Below are positions 17,900 through 26,521 of a DNA stretch of 58,356 nucleotides, piece by piece. Position 1 is the first letter of the stretch. Each line of letters opens with the position of its first letter. The DNA is taken from the NCBI GenBank assembly GCA_947302045.1, contig CAMYUQ010000002.1, forward strand, positions 1 to 58,356, given 5' to 3'. The DNA comes from an uncultured Clostridia bacterium. GTDB taxonomy: Bacteria > Bacillota > Clostridia > Oscillospirales > CAG-272. The notes under the pieces were generated by a model. It did not search any database and had not been told where the DNA came from. It worked only from the letters and a program-made list of their open reading frames with translations. The position numbers and the translations under genes are program-made.

Positions 17900-19648
17900 T
17901 TAGCTTAATACACCGTTGGTGAGCGTGACGGATTTCGTTGCACCGATCAGCAAACCGTCCTCATCGCTCACGGCATAAGGCGTAACTTTGAATTCGACCG
18001 TCTTGTTATCCGCAAGGTCTGCAAGCGGGATCGCCACGATGTAGCGGTCGCCGAAATCTGCTTTGGTGAGCTGAGCGGCGCCGTTGTTGACTGCTTCGTA
18101 AACCGTCTTGGTTTCCAGGAAGAAATACTCGGTCTTGCCGTCGCAGGTCTTTTCCACCATGTAGCCGACGTTGTAGTAGTTCAGGTTATCCAGACCGCCG
18201 AGGAAACGCACTTTCAGCGCACCGTCAACCGGCGTGCTTGCCTGTGCCTTCTGAACGGTGAGGTTGGTATCGGTTCCGTTGTTCTGGATGGTGAAAGCAC
18301 CGGTTCCGACCGACGTATAGGTGCTGCCCACAACAAAGACGTTCTTCATGGCAACAACGTTGGTATCCGAAGCGGTGTTGATCAGCGCCGAAGCGGTTGC
18401 GGGATCGCCTGCCTTGACGTCAACATTCGATACGACCACGCCGTCAATGTCAACGGTGTTGGTTCCTTTGCTGTTGTCGAGCCAACCGACGATCGCGCCG
18501 GCGTGACCCTGCGTGTAGTCTTTCGTAACCTCTCCGGTTTCGGAATTCACGAGGTCTTCCCAACCTTCGCCGCCGATGACGCAGGCGGTGATGAAGCAAT
18601 CTTTCACCGTGAGGTTGAGTCCGATGGTGTCGGAATAGGTGCCGATGTTACCGATCAAGCCGCCGGAAGTCACTTTTGTTTTCTTCGTACTCGGATCGTT
18701 CTTGTTCACACGGAGAACGTTCCCCATGTTGACGCAACCGTCAAAGGAGATCGTCAGCTCCTGCTCTGTTACCGGTCCTTTTGAACCCGCGTTGTTGCTG
18801 CCGCCGATGAAGCCGCCGGCAATACCATAGGAAGACTCACCGGAACCCTTTCCGATCACGCCTTCGATCGAGCCGGTATTGAGGCAATCCTCAAAGATGA
18901 TGGTCTGACCTTTTCCTTGCGTCAGGGTACCGATGAAGCCGCCCACCTGGCTGCCTTCAATTTTGCCGTTGTTGATGCATTGCTTGAAGGTGACGTTGGC
19001 ACCTCCATCCACGCATCCGAAGAAACCGCCGAGCTTATGGTTGTTTGCCGTATAGGGCGAGGAAACTTCGGTATTGTTGACGCATCCGATGAGCGTTACA
19101 GTCGCATTACTGTCAACGCCTCTGGCGAAGGAACCCCAGTAGTTTGCAACCATTCCGAAGATACGGTCGGAAATCACGTTTTCGATCACAGCGCCGTTAA
19201 GCAGAGTGGTTCCGAACACCGGAGAAGTCGTATCGAACGGCTCGGTTTCAGCCGCGTCTTTATACTGCGACAGGTAGATATTCTTCACGGTTCCGGTGAA
19301 TTCATCGAACGAGGTTCTCTGCGCATTGTAGATGGTATGACCGTTGCCGTCGAAGGTGCCGGAGAAGCCGGTCAGCATAGCGTTTTCGATATCGGTGACC
19401 ACGATATCCGCGGTCAGGTAGTATTTTCCTTTGAGCGCTTCCGCGTTACCTCTCAAAGCAACGATTTCCTCAAAGGTGCCGAGTGGGGTATAACCATCCG
19501 CGATCAGCGCCGCGGTATAAGCAGCCGATCCTGGACCGTCATCGTCCATGATCTCACTGCCAACGTCTTCTTCCGCCGCAACGTTCACAATCGTGAAGCA
19601 GCTGACGAGCAGCAGCGCTGCCAAAAGCAGACTCAAAAATTTTTTCAT
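17900..19648 (-). CDS. secreted GLUG-repeat beta-helix protein (582 aa, no EEP domain)
   Basis: Signal peptide MKKFLSLLLAALLLVSCFTIVNVAA. FSGTFDGNGHTIYN entry motif. Repeated GGF[FI]G ... C[IL]N.G units (GLUG-type). C-terminal beta-sandwich similar to the pre-EEP region of the two larger paralogues. Confidence 0.7.
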   Translation of the reverse strand: MKKFLSLLLAALLLVSCFTIVNVAAEEDVGSEIMDDDGPGSAAYTAALIADGYTPLGTFEEIVALRGNAEALKGKYYLTADIVVTDIENAMLTGFSGTFDGNGHTIYNAQRTSFDEFTGTVKNIYLSQYKDAAETEPFDTTSPVFGTTLLNGAVIENVISDRIFGMVANYWGSFARGVDSNATVTLIGCVNNTEVSSPYTANNHKLGGFFGCVDGGANVTFKQCINNGKIEGSQVGGFIGTLTQGKGQTIIFEDCLNTGSIEGVIGKGSGESSYGIAGGFIGGSNNAGSKGPVTEQELTISFDGCVNMGNVLRVNKNDPSTKKTKVTSGGLIGNIGTYSDTIGLNLTVKDCFITACVIGGEGWEDLVNSETGEVTKDYTQGHAGAIVGWLDNSKGTNTVDIDGVVVSNVDVKAGDPATASALINTASDTNVVAMKNVFVVGSTYTSVGTGAFTIQNNGTDTNLTVQKAQASTPVDGALKVRFLGGLDNLNYYNVGYMVEKTCDGKTEYFFLETKTVYEAVNNGAAQLTKADFGDRYIVAIPLADLADNKTVEFKVTPYAVSDEDGLLIGATKSVTLTNGVLS

Positions 19649-19680
19649 AATGTTTTTTCTCCTCTCATTTGTATGTTTTT

Positions 19681-21162
19681 TTACTCAATGATTCCAATCG
19701 TTCTCAAACAGTCGTTCACTTCTTTGTGTGCCAGATCCTTATCCATCGCCCAAAGAGACGCAAAGGTGTTCGTTCCCGAAACCGGAATACTCTGGTATCC
19801 GGACGAATCGGAATAACGATCCTTGAAGATCCAGGTTTTGAGCGCGCCCCAGTCGTAAACGACGCCGAGGTCGTAGCTGCTGTTGGAAAGCGCCAACGTC
19901 AGGAGCTGGTAGTCGACCTCATCCACCGAGCCGCGGATTTTGCACTTTTCTTCCACATAGAGGTGCATGAGCTTGGAGGAACGCTCGTTGAGCGCCTGCA
20001 AAGCGAACGCCGAGAAATCCGCATCCTTTGCGAAGTACGGGATCGCCATCAGACCGCTCCAAGAATAGTTCCGTGCGGCGATGTACTCTGTTTGGGTATC
20101 GGTATCGTAGATCGGGTAGGGGAAGGTGCTGTAAGTAAAGGTTGCATTGTTCTGGAAGTCGACAATGTCATCCAGCTCGCCGCTGTAGAAGAGGGCTTTC
20201 CCGTTCTTGAAAAGCTCAATTGCTTTGAGTTGGTAGACGGGATGTTTGCTGCCGGAATACCGCTGCGTCCAAGTCAGTGCGCCGTTGGCGTAGAATTTCA
20301 GGACTTCGTCGATCCAGCGGTCGGTCATTTGGAAATATGCGGAATCGTCGAAGCTGATGTGCGGGATCCCCTGATCGTCCTTCTCGGAAAACTTCATGCC
20401 GAAGCTGCAAGTCATAAAGTTAACGAATGCGCCGTTGCCGTTGTTGACCATCCCGTAGATCTCGGTATTTCCGGTCGCGCCGTCGACCCGCTTCGCCAGA
20501 TTCATCAGCTCGACCATCTTTTCCATCGTCCACTCGCCATCCAGAATGGTCTGCCGGACGTTTTCTTCGGTCAGCGATTCGAGCATATCACGGTTGCAGT
20601 AGATAACCGAGGAACCTGCTTTTTCCTGCAAGTTGAGGTCACCCGTGCAGATGAACCGATACCCGCAAATATCCAATTCGTCGTTGGATTTCTGATCCCA
20701 GCCCTTTGAGTTCCAATCGATGTATTGGAGCTGGTTAAGGTCGGTAAAAATGAAATCCAGCAGTGCGCCGTGCATATAGCCGGGCGAGTCGATCACGATG
20801 TCGAAGGTGCTCTCGCCGGTCAACGCCTCCGCACGAACCTTTTCGCTCGGACGTTCGTCCGCGCTGATGCGCGTTGTGGCGATCGAGAAGTTATACTTTG
20901 TTTCGATCTCCGCGTTTCTGGCGAACACCTCGTAGCTGATCGGCGTGGAAGTATCATCCGACGCGATCACACTTTCGAGATCGGAATCCAATTCCGTAAC
21001 CCGGAGTTCAATTCCGCCCCAATCTTTTTCAGGGAGAACAGACTCTGTGTTGGAATTGCTTGGGGTAACGGATGGCGTGTTGCTCTTCTTGTTGTCTTTG
21101 CATCCGGCAAAAACGGCAAGAAGCATCAAAACGCCGAGGAGCAGGGACAGGGCTTTTTTCAT
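19681..21162 (-). CDS. lipoprotein, extracellular solute-binding-protein-like (orphan, no cognate permease genes nearby)
   Basis: Lipobox FAGC (MKKALSLLLGVLMLLAVFAGCKD), Ser/Thr/Pro linker, about 450-aa body whose size and composition fit family 1 sugar SBPs. Start moved to ATG 21162 for RBS spacing. The SBP assignment is by general resemblance only. Confidence 0.5.
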   Translation of the reverse strand: MKKALSLLLGVLMLLAVFAGCKDNKKSNTPSVTPSNSNTESVLPEKDWGGIELRVTELDSDLESVIASDDTSTPISYEVFARNAEIETKYNFSIATTRISADERPSEKVRAEALTGESTFDIVIDSPGYMHGALLDFIFTDLNQLQYIDWNSKGWDQKSNDELDICGYRFICTGDLNLQEKAGSSVIYCNRDMLESLTEENVRQTILDGEWTMEKMVELMNLAKRVDGATGNTEIYGMVNNGNGAFVNFMTCSFGMKFSEKDDQGIPHISFDDSAYFQMTDRWIDEVLKFYANGALTWTQRYSGSKHPVYQLKAIELFKNGKALFYSGELDDIVDFQNNATFTYSTFPYPIYDTDTQTEYIAARNYSWSGLMAIPYFAKDADFSAFALQALNERSSKLMHLYVEEKCKIRGSVDEVDYQLLTLALSNSSYDLGVVYDWGALKTWIFKDRYSDSSGYQSIPVSGTNTFASLWAMDKDLAHKEVNDCLRTIGIIE

Positions 21163-21199
21163 GGACATCATCACCTTTCTTTCTTTTTTTTTAAAAATT

Positions 21200-22813
21200 T
21201 TAATCGATGTAAAGATCCGCGAGGATCGGGCGGTGATCCGAAGGATTGAAATCTTTATCCATCACTTCGTAATACTGCGCCGTCATGCCGGTGGTATAAA
21301 TGTAATCGATGATCGCGTTCTTGGAAGGAGTATCCTCACTCACGTAGGTCACAAGATTGCGGTTCACCGTTTTCACCGCTGTTTCCCGGGCGCTGGAAAA
21401 TCCCGCGTCGGTCAGGATCGATTGCTTCAATTTGCCCTCCGGCAGGTTGTAGTCCCCGAGCATTACGGCAGGCAGACCCGGATAAGTCTTTGCCATAAAG
21501 TCGACGATCTTTTGCAGCTGTGCGTTGCCCGCCGCTTCTTCGTAGTCGATGTGAATGCTGACTACCACGAATTCCACACCGCTTTCGTTGCTGCGGAATT
21601 TCGCCCAGAAGTTATAGCGGTCGTATTTGGAACCGTATTCATCGTCGGCTTTGCCGATCTGTTCGCTTCCCTTTTCGAGCAGGGTATAGCGATCCTTATT
21701 ATAAATGATCGCGTTATGAATCCCGACGGCTGCGACCGTTGCATAGGAATCTTTGTTTTTCATCTTGACCCGGATCAGATCCGAGGTTCCCGTTCCCACG
21801 CACTCCTGCACGGAAATGAAATCCGCACCCGCCAGATCCATCATCGCGGCAAGCTGCCGATATTTACCGTCGCTCGTGTTCTGCCCGGCGTTTCGGAGGT
21901 TATAGGACATGACCTTGATTTTCTCCGGGTAGACGCCGTATGCCGAAAGGTCGAGATCGGCGGCGGTATAGGAGAGTTCCTCGCGTGCGCCGACCGCGAT
22001 ATTTCCGTCGGTCGTGGCGTTCAGCCGTTCAAGCAGGATCTGGGTGGCATAGAAGAGGTCGCGGTCGTTTCCGCCGAGGTAGATCACGCCGTCCTCGGCT
22101 GTCAGGAGTGCCTGACTGCCTGCGCCGGGGTTATTCACCCCGCCGAAGTAGATGCCGTTGCCGGACGCTTCCACAGCGTCGCTCTGCACGGGTATCGCAA
22201 TTCCGCAAAGCCGAATGATCTGCTCGCGCAAAAGGTTTGCAAAGGTCTGTTCGCGGTTTTCGCGCGCGTCGGCGTAGAGCAGAACGTATTCGGAAGCCGA
22301 TACGCCGTTGATCTTGACATCGGCAAAGCGGTAGGTATGCCGATAGGTGAACTCATCCCGGTCATTGCGGAAGAACGCCGCGTCGCCGCGGTTTGCCGCA
22401 ACCGTTTCTTTGAGTTTCAGAACCGCCGCCGCCGTTGCGGCAGAAGAACCGCCGCGCACCACGAGCTTTCCGCCGTGAATTCCAACGTAATAATCGTCGT
22501 ATTTCAGGGTTTGGAAAACCTCCGCGGACTGTTGCCGGTTGGTGTTGCCGATCAGAATTTCATTCTCTCCCGGCTCGGTCACGTCATCCTCCACAACGGT
22601 CAGGAGAACGCCGAAATGCCCGTAGGCGTTTTTCACAAGCTGCGTCACCGCCGCACGCTCGTCTGCTTCCATCGTTTTGGGAACGACGATCTGATAGCCC
22701 GAGAGCGTATCCGCCGCGATCTGCGCCGTCTCGGGCGTTTTCGCGTCCGGTTTGCAGGCGGCGAGCAGGAGCATCAGCACTGCCGTGAGAAAACAGAGAA
22801 TTTTTTTGTTCAT
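21200..22813 (-). CDS. lipoprotein with duplicated N-terminal alpha/beta modules and C-terminal EEP phosphoesterase domain
   Basis: Lipobox LAAC. Two similar modules (EILIGNTNRQ...GGKLVVRGGS and GIYFGGVNNP...GVIYLGGNDRD). EEP motifs VMSYNLRN, ISVQECVG, VMLGDYNL, NPSDHRP. Confidence 0.7.
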   Translation of the reverse strand: MNKKILCFLTAVLMLLLAACKPDAKTPETAQIAADTLSGYQIVVPKTMEADERAAVTQLVKNAYGHFGVLLTVVEDDVTEPGENEILIGNTNRQQSAEVFQTLKYDDYYVGIHGGKLVVRGGSSAATAAAVLKLKETVAANRGDAAFFRNDRDEFTYRHTYRFADVKINGVSASEYVLLYADARENREQTFANLLREQIIRLCGIAIPVQSDAVEASGNGIYFGGVNNPGAGSQALLTAEDGVIYLGGNDRDLFYATQILLERLNATTDGNIAVGAREELSYTAADLDLSAYGVYPEKIKVMSYNLRNAGQNTSDGKYRQLAAMMDLAGADFISVQECVGTGTSDLIRVKMKNKDSYATVAAVGIHNAIIYNKDRYTLLEKGSEQIGKADDEYGSKYDRYNFWAKFRSNESGVEFVVVSIHIDYEEAAGNAQLQKIVDFMAKTYPGLPAVMLGDYNLPEGKLKQSILTDAGFSSARETAVKTVNRNLVTYVSEDTPSKNAIIDYIYTTGMTAQYYEVMDKDFNPSDHRPILADLYID

Positions 22814-22838
22814 TGGTATCACCCTTTCTTGGGGTTCC

Positions 22839-22867
22839 GCCGGGGGAGAGGGTTTCCCTCCCCCGGC
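22839..22867. terminator. GC-rich hairpin downstream of the EEP ORF
   Basis: gccgggggagaggg-ttt-ccctcccccggc. No clear U-tract on the minus strand. Confidence 0.35.
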
Positions 22868-22889
22868 AAATTTTGGTTTGCCCGATCTC

Positions 22890-23846
22890 TTACTTAAAGG
22901 TCAGTTGCACGTAGACCGGATAGTGGTCGGACGGGTTGTCGGTAATGGTCTTATCCTGCCAAAGCGTCTGGTAGGAGCTGTAAGTCCACTTGACTTTCGT
23001 GGTGACGACCTCATAGACCGTCTTCTCGAATTTGCCCGTCTTATAGTAGCACCAGTCGATGATCGTGCCGTCTTTCGGGAAGGTTGTGGCAAGACCGTTG
23101 TCTGCGGCAGTTCCCTCAACCCTGTCGCCCCAACCGGCGTCGCCGCCCGTGATCTTATGCGCGGCAAGGAAATCGGTGTAAGCAGTGTTGGCATTGGTAA
23201 AGCCATAGGGCTTGAACTGCCCGATGTTGACCCAGCGCGCTTCGTTGGCGTTGAGGTCGCCCATGATGATCGTGCGCGTGCCCGAAATGACGTCGCTCAA
23301 CTCGCTCATCAGGTTCGTGACCGACTGGCCGGGCTTGTTCAGGTCGCCGTGCATGGAGATCACGATGAACGCGGTTTCGTCCGATTTGCGTTTGAGCTTA
23401 ACCCAGGTTGAAACGCGGGTATATCCGTCGCCGCCGTCGGCTTCCGGAACCGTAATGTCAACCGTTCCGGAGGCGAGCTTGGTATAGAGATTTGCATCCC
23501 ACATAACGGCAGTGGTGACACCGGACGCCTGATAAACGGTATAGGTTCTCGTGCCGTTCGAGGCGCAGGCGGACGCCAGCGTGGAAGCCGAAAGACCTTT
23601 CATTTCCTGCAAGCAAACGATCTCGGGGTTTTTCAGCGCGATGGTTTTTGCAAGTCCCACTTTCCGGTCAGTGACGCTCTGGTCGTAGCTGCCTACTTCC
23701 AATTCGCCGTCTCTGACGTTGTAGGACATCAGTTTGATGGGGGTAGTTTTATCGAGGGAGTAGTTAAAGACCGTTCCCCAGGTTGGCGGACCCTGTGGAA
23801 CCAAAAGTGATACGACCGTTCGTATCCACGATGTAAGGCGTGACAT
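22890..23846 (-). CDS. EEP phosphoesterase domain ORF, an out-of-frame continuation of the upstream 794-aa ORF (see findings)
   Basis: TPIKLMSYNVRDGE..VCLQEMKG..IIMGDLNANEARWVN..NPSDHYPVYVQLTFK is colinear with the C-terminus of the 1292-aa paralogue. It overlaps ORF 23764..26148 by 83 nt in the +1 frame. No SD precedes 23846. The first in-domain Met is at 23729. Confidence 0.6.
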   Translation of the reverse strand: MSRLTSWIRTVVSLLVPQGPPTWGTVFNYSLDKTTPIKLMSYNVRDGELEVGSYDQSVTDRKVGLAKTIALKNPEIVCLQEMKGLSASTLASACASNGTRTYTVYQASGVTTAVMWDANLYTKLASGTVDITVPEADGGDGYTRVSTWVKLKRKSDETAFIVISMHGDLNKPGQSVTNLMSELSDVISGTRTIIMGDLNANEARWVNIGQFKPYGFTNANTAYTDFLAAHKITGGDAGWGDRVEGTAADNGLATTFPKDGTIIDWCYYKTGKFEKTVYEVVTTKVKWTYSSYQTLWQDKTITDNPSDHYPVYVQLTFK

Positions 23847-26148
23847 AGATCGCTCCGCCGAGATCTGCCGGAATACCGTTCAACGTTGCCGCGAAAGCGT
23901 ACTTGTCTTTGGTCTTTGCCTTTGCGTTCCAGGTTCCGAGACTGCCGTATTCGTTGAGGTTTTCGTAGAGGGTCGTTCCGCAAACATTCCAAGCTTTTTC
24001 AACGAGATCGCCGTCAACGTTTGCAACAATGCAAATGTAGAAGCCGACTTTCTCATAGTCTTCGCTGTTGTAGACCCAGTCTCTGATCGTGCTGACGAAA
24101 CGGATCTTGCGCAGCGAGCCGTCCTCATAGATAGCTTCCTGAACATATCCAACGCCGCCGCGGTTGATTGCGTTTTCCTCGTCGGTATTGGCAAAATCCT
24201 GCGCATACCGGCGATTGACGTTCAGGCCGGAGTGCCGTGAGCCGCCCCATTCTTCGGAGCCGTTCTCGGTCACTTCGTTCACAATGCAGTTGTAGGCGAT
24301 CACCGACTCTTCCGTATTGTTGGTTCCAACGCCGATGATCCGGCGCGCGATGCTGCTGCGAACGTCCACTTTGCTGATGTAGCAGCCGGCGGCAACCACA
24401 TGGAAGGTTTCGGAGGCGCCGGGCGAGCATTTACCGATCAGCGGAGCCGCGTATTCGTTCGCGCCGTTGGTATCGATCGTGCAGTTATAAACACCGCAGT
24501 TGTTCAGCGTGATCGAGAGCGTCTTGCCGGCTGCCTGACCACCCGCGAAGCCGATCAAACCGCCAATGGCGTTCTCTCTCCACGTGCCGTGATGCGCCAC
24601 CTGAATGTTGCCGGTGTTGACGCAGTTGGTCATGGTGATGGTAACGTCGCCTTGGATGGCGGAATTGTTGTTCTGGCCGCCGATAAAGCCGCCCGCAACG
24701 CCGTATGCACCTTCTGCTTTGCCCATGCCGATGATGGTGCCGCGGTTTTCGCAGTTCGTCATCGTGATGGTAACGGTGTTGTTATAGACTCCGATGAAGC
24801 CGCCCGCCTGCGAGGCGATGATGCTTGCATTGTTGATACAATCGATGAATTCAACCGTTCCGCCGTTGAGCGATGCGATGAAGCTGCCGATCTTATGGTT
24901 ATTGCCATAATAGCTATTGTTTACACTAATGTCAGGGGTCTGCCAATAGTTGCCGTTGTTGATGCAGTTCTCAAACCGAATGGTTCCGCCTGCATTCACG
25001 CCGCCAAAGAAAGCACCATAAGCACCGCCCGAACCGAGCGTAGCGCGTTCGTTCGTGATGTTCCGAAGGATCGCGGTTTCGCCTGCCTTGACTTCGGAAG
25101 CCACCAGATCTCCGCCAAAGATATTGATTTTCCCGCTCAGATTGAGCTCATTGCCGTCCGGGGCGGTTTTGTTGGAGATCGTGAAGTTCTGGAAGACCGA
25201 ATTGCCATACGGCCAGATGAGATTGCCTTGCAGGTTATAGATGGTATGCCCCTGCCCGTCAAAGGTGCCCTTGACGTAGCTTGCGGACCAGCTGCCCTCC
25301 ATGATGATATCATCAACCAGCTGAATGGTGTAGGCAGAATTGCCGCCGTAGGTGGAAACCGCCGTTTTGAGGCCGGTGTAGTTGGAAACGCTCACAACGT
25401 ATCCATCCACGCTGATCGCGGGCGTCGCGCCGGAAACTTCCTCACCGGTCACGGCGATTTCAAACAGCCACAAGCCGCCGGTTTCCTTGCCGGAAGCCGC
25501 TGAAACGGCAAAGGCAACTTGACCCGCTTCAACACCGTTCATCGGAACGGTCAGGGTTGCGAGAGAGCCATCCCAGGAAGTCCAGCTCGAGCCGCTCGTC
25601 ATGTTCGTATAGGAAGCGGCAACCGCCCAGTGTTCGCCGTCGGCACTGTAAAGAATGTCGAACGCCTTATTGGAGTCTACCTTGCTGCCGTCAGGTCCTG
25701 CCTTGATCGTGACGGTATCCAGTTCGGCAAGCGTTTCCAGCGTGAATTTGAAAACGCCGTAATATTTGCCCAAGCCGGAAGCCTGATAGGTGTCAAAGTC
25801 GACGTCCACTTCTACGTTGTCGTAAGTTTTATCCCGCACCAGTTCGCCGGACGCGTTGATATACTGTTCCGGATAATAGGACACGACGCTATAAGCACTT
25901 GTCCAAGTACTCGCATTCCCATCGAATGCGTTGGTGATCGGGTTCGTATCTCTGAGCCCATACGTATAGGCGCGCTGTTTGTAACGAGTTTGACCGTCGT
26001 TTGCCTTCAGCCAACCTTTGTAACCTTCAAAGGAGCCGGCGATGATATTGATCTGCGACGATGTTGCCGACGCCGGGACTGCGATCACGGGGATCAAGGA
26101 AAGGATCATGATCGCCGCGAGCAGAAAACTCAATAATTTCTTCTTCAT
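23764..26148 (-). CDS. secreted discoidin-like + GLUG-repeat beta-helix protein (794-aa ORF, truncated relative to its paralogue)
   Basis: Signal peptide ...AVPASA. One NAFDGNASTWT discoidin/F5-8C-like module nearly identical to that of the 1292-aa protein. GTFDGQGHTIYN, then GGFIG...C.N.G repeats and a beta-sandwich. Ends ...FGSTGSANLGNGL* exactly where the paralogue continues into its EEP domain. Confidence 0.75.
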   Translation of the reverse strand: MKKKLLSFLLAAIMILSLIPVIAVPASATSSQINIIAGSFEGYKGWLKANDGQTRYKQRAYTYGLRDTNPITNAFDGNASTWTSAYSVVSYYPEQYINASGELVRDKTYDNVEVDVDFDTYQASGLGKYYGVFKFTLETLAELDTVTIKAGPDGSKVDSNKAFDILYSADGEHWAVAASYTNMTSGSSWTSWDGSLATLTVPMNGVEAGQVAFAVSAASGKETGGLWLFEIAVTGEEVSGATPAISVDGYVVSVSNYTGLKTAVSTYGGNSAYTIQLVDDIIMEGSWSASYVKGTFDGQGHTIYNLQGNLIWPYGNSVFQNFTISNKTAPDGNELNLSGKINIFGGDLVASEVKAGETAILRNITNERATLGSGGAYGAFFGGVNAGGTIRFENCINNGNYWQTPDISVNNSYYGNNHKIGSFIASLNGGTVEFIDCINNASIIASQAGGFIGVYNNTVTITMTNCENRGTIIGMGKAEGAYGVAGGFIGGQNNNSAIQGDVTITMTNCVNTGNIQVAHHGTWRENAIGGLIGFAGGQAAGKTLSITLNNCGVYNCTIDTNGANEYAAPLIGKCSPGASETFHVVAAGCYISKVDVRSSIARRIIGVGTNNTEESVIAYNCIVNEVTENGSEEWGGSRHSGLNVNRRYAQDFANTDEENAINRGGVGYVQEAIYEDGSLRKIRFVSTIRDWVYNSEDYEKVGFYICIVANVDGDLVEKAWNVCGTTLYENLNEYGSLGTWNAKAKTKDKYAFAATLNGIPADLGGAIYVTPYIVDTNGRITFGSTGSANLGNGL

Positions 26149-26204
26149 AAGATTCGTATTTCTCCTTTATTCATTTTGCATTTTTGGGGAATTTGCGCGG
26201 GGGA

Positions 26205-26333
26205 TCATAAGTAACCTTCGTTCTTCCAGCTGATTTGCATTCCGTCGCCGGAAGTTTCGGTGGAAAGGGTCAGAATGTCTGCCTCGTCGGGAAAGAAGAC
26301 AAACACGCTGGGTTCCAGATAGGTTTTCTTCAT
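26205..26333 (-). CDS. conserved small ORF P1 (42 aa), upstream partner of the 794-aa gene
   Basis: Not in the track as a separate ORF. MKKTYLEPSVFVFFPDEADILTLSTETSGDGMQISWKNEGYL*. AGGAG lies 8 nt upstream. Paralogous to P2, with many synonymous differences. 56 nt upstream of the 794-aa gene start. Confidence 0.6.
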   Translation of the reverse strand: MKKTYLEPSVFVFFPDEADILTLSTETSGDGMQISWKNEGYL

Positions 26334-26459
26334 ACAGATCGCTCCTTTCTTAGGTCGATGAAATTTTTTATGTTCTCGCCGGATCGCGTCGGCGGGGAAA
26401 CTTGAATTTGTTTTCGGCTCGGCTTTGCGAACCGTTGACTTGCATTTCGGGAGCGCCCC

Positions 26460-26483
26460 GACCTTCCCCGCCGGGGGAAGGTC
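26460..26483. terminator. GC-rich hairpin downstream of the 1292-aa gene
   Basis: gaccttcccc-gccg-ggggaaggtc, 38 nt after the stop codon. No obvious U-tract. Confidence 0.35.
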
Positions 26484-26521
26484 AGATTCGCGCTGCCCTG
26501 CGCCTGTCGCGGCGCTTGAAA

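Noticed and set aside
23729-23846. Treating ORF 22890..23846 as an independent gene with its own signal-peptide-like start (MSRLTSWIRTVVSLLV...).
   Set aside because: The first ~20 codons overlap the end of the 794-aa ORF and have no SD. The region in the other frame aligns with the intact paralogue. A frameshifted fusion is the simpler explanation.
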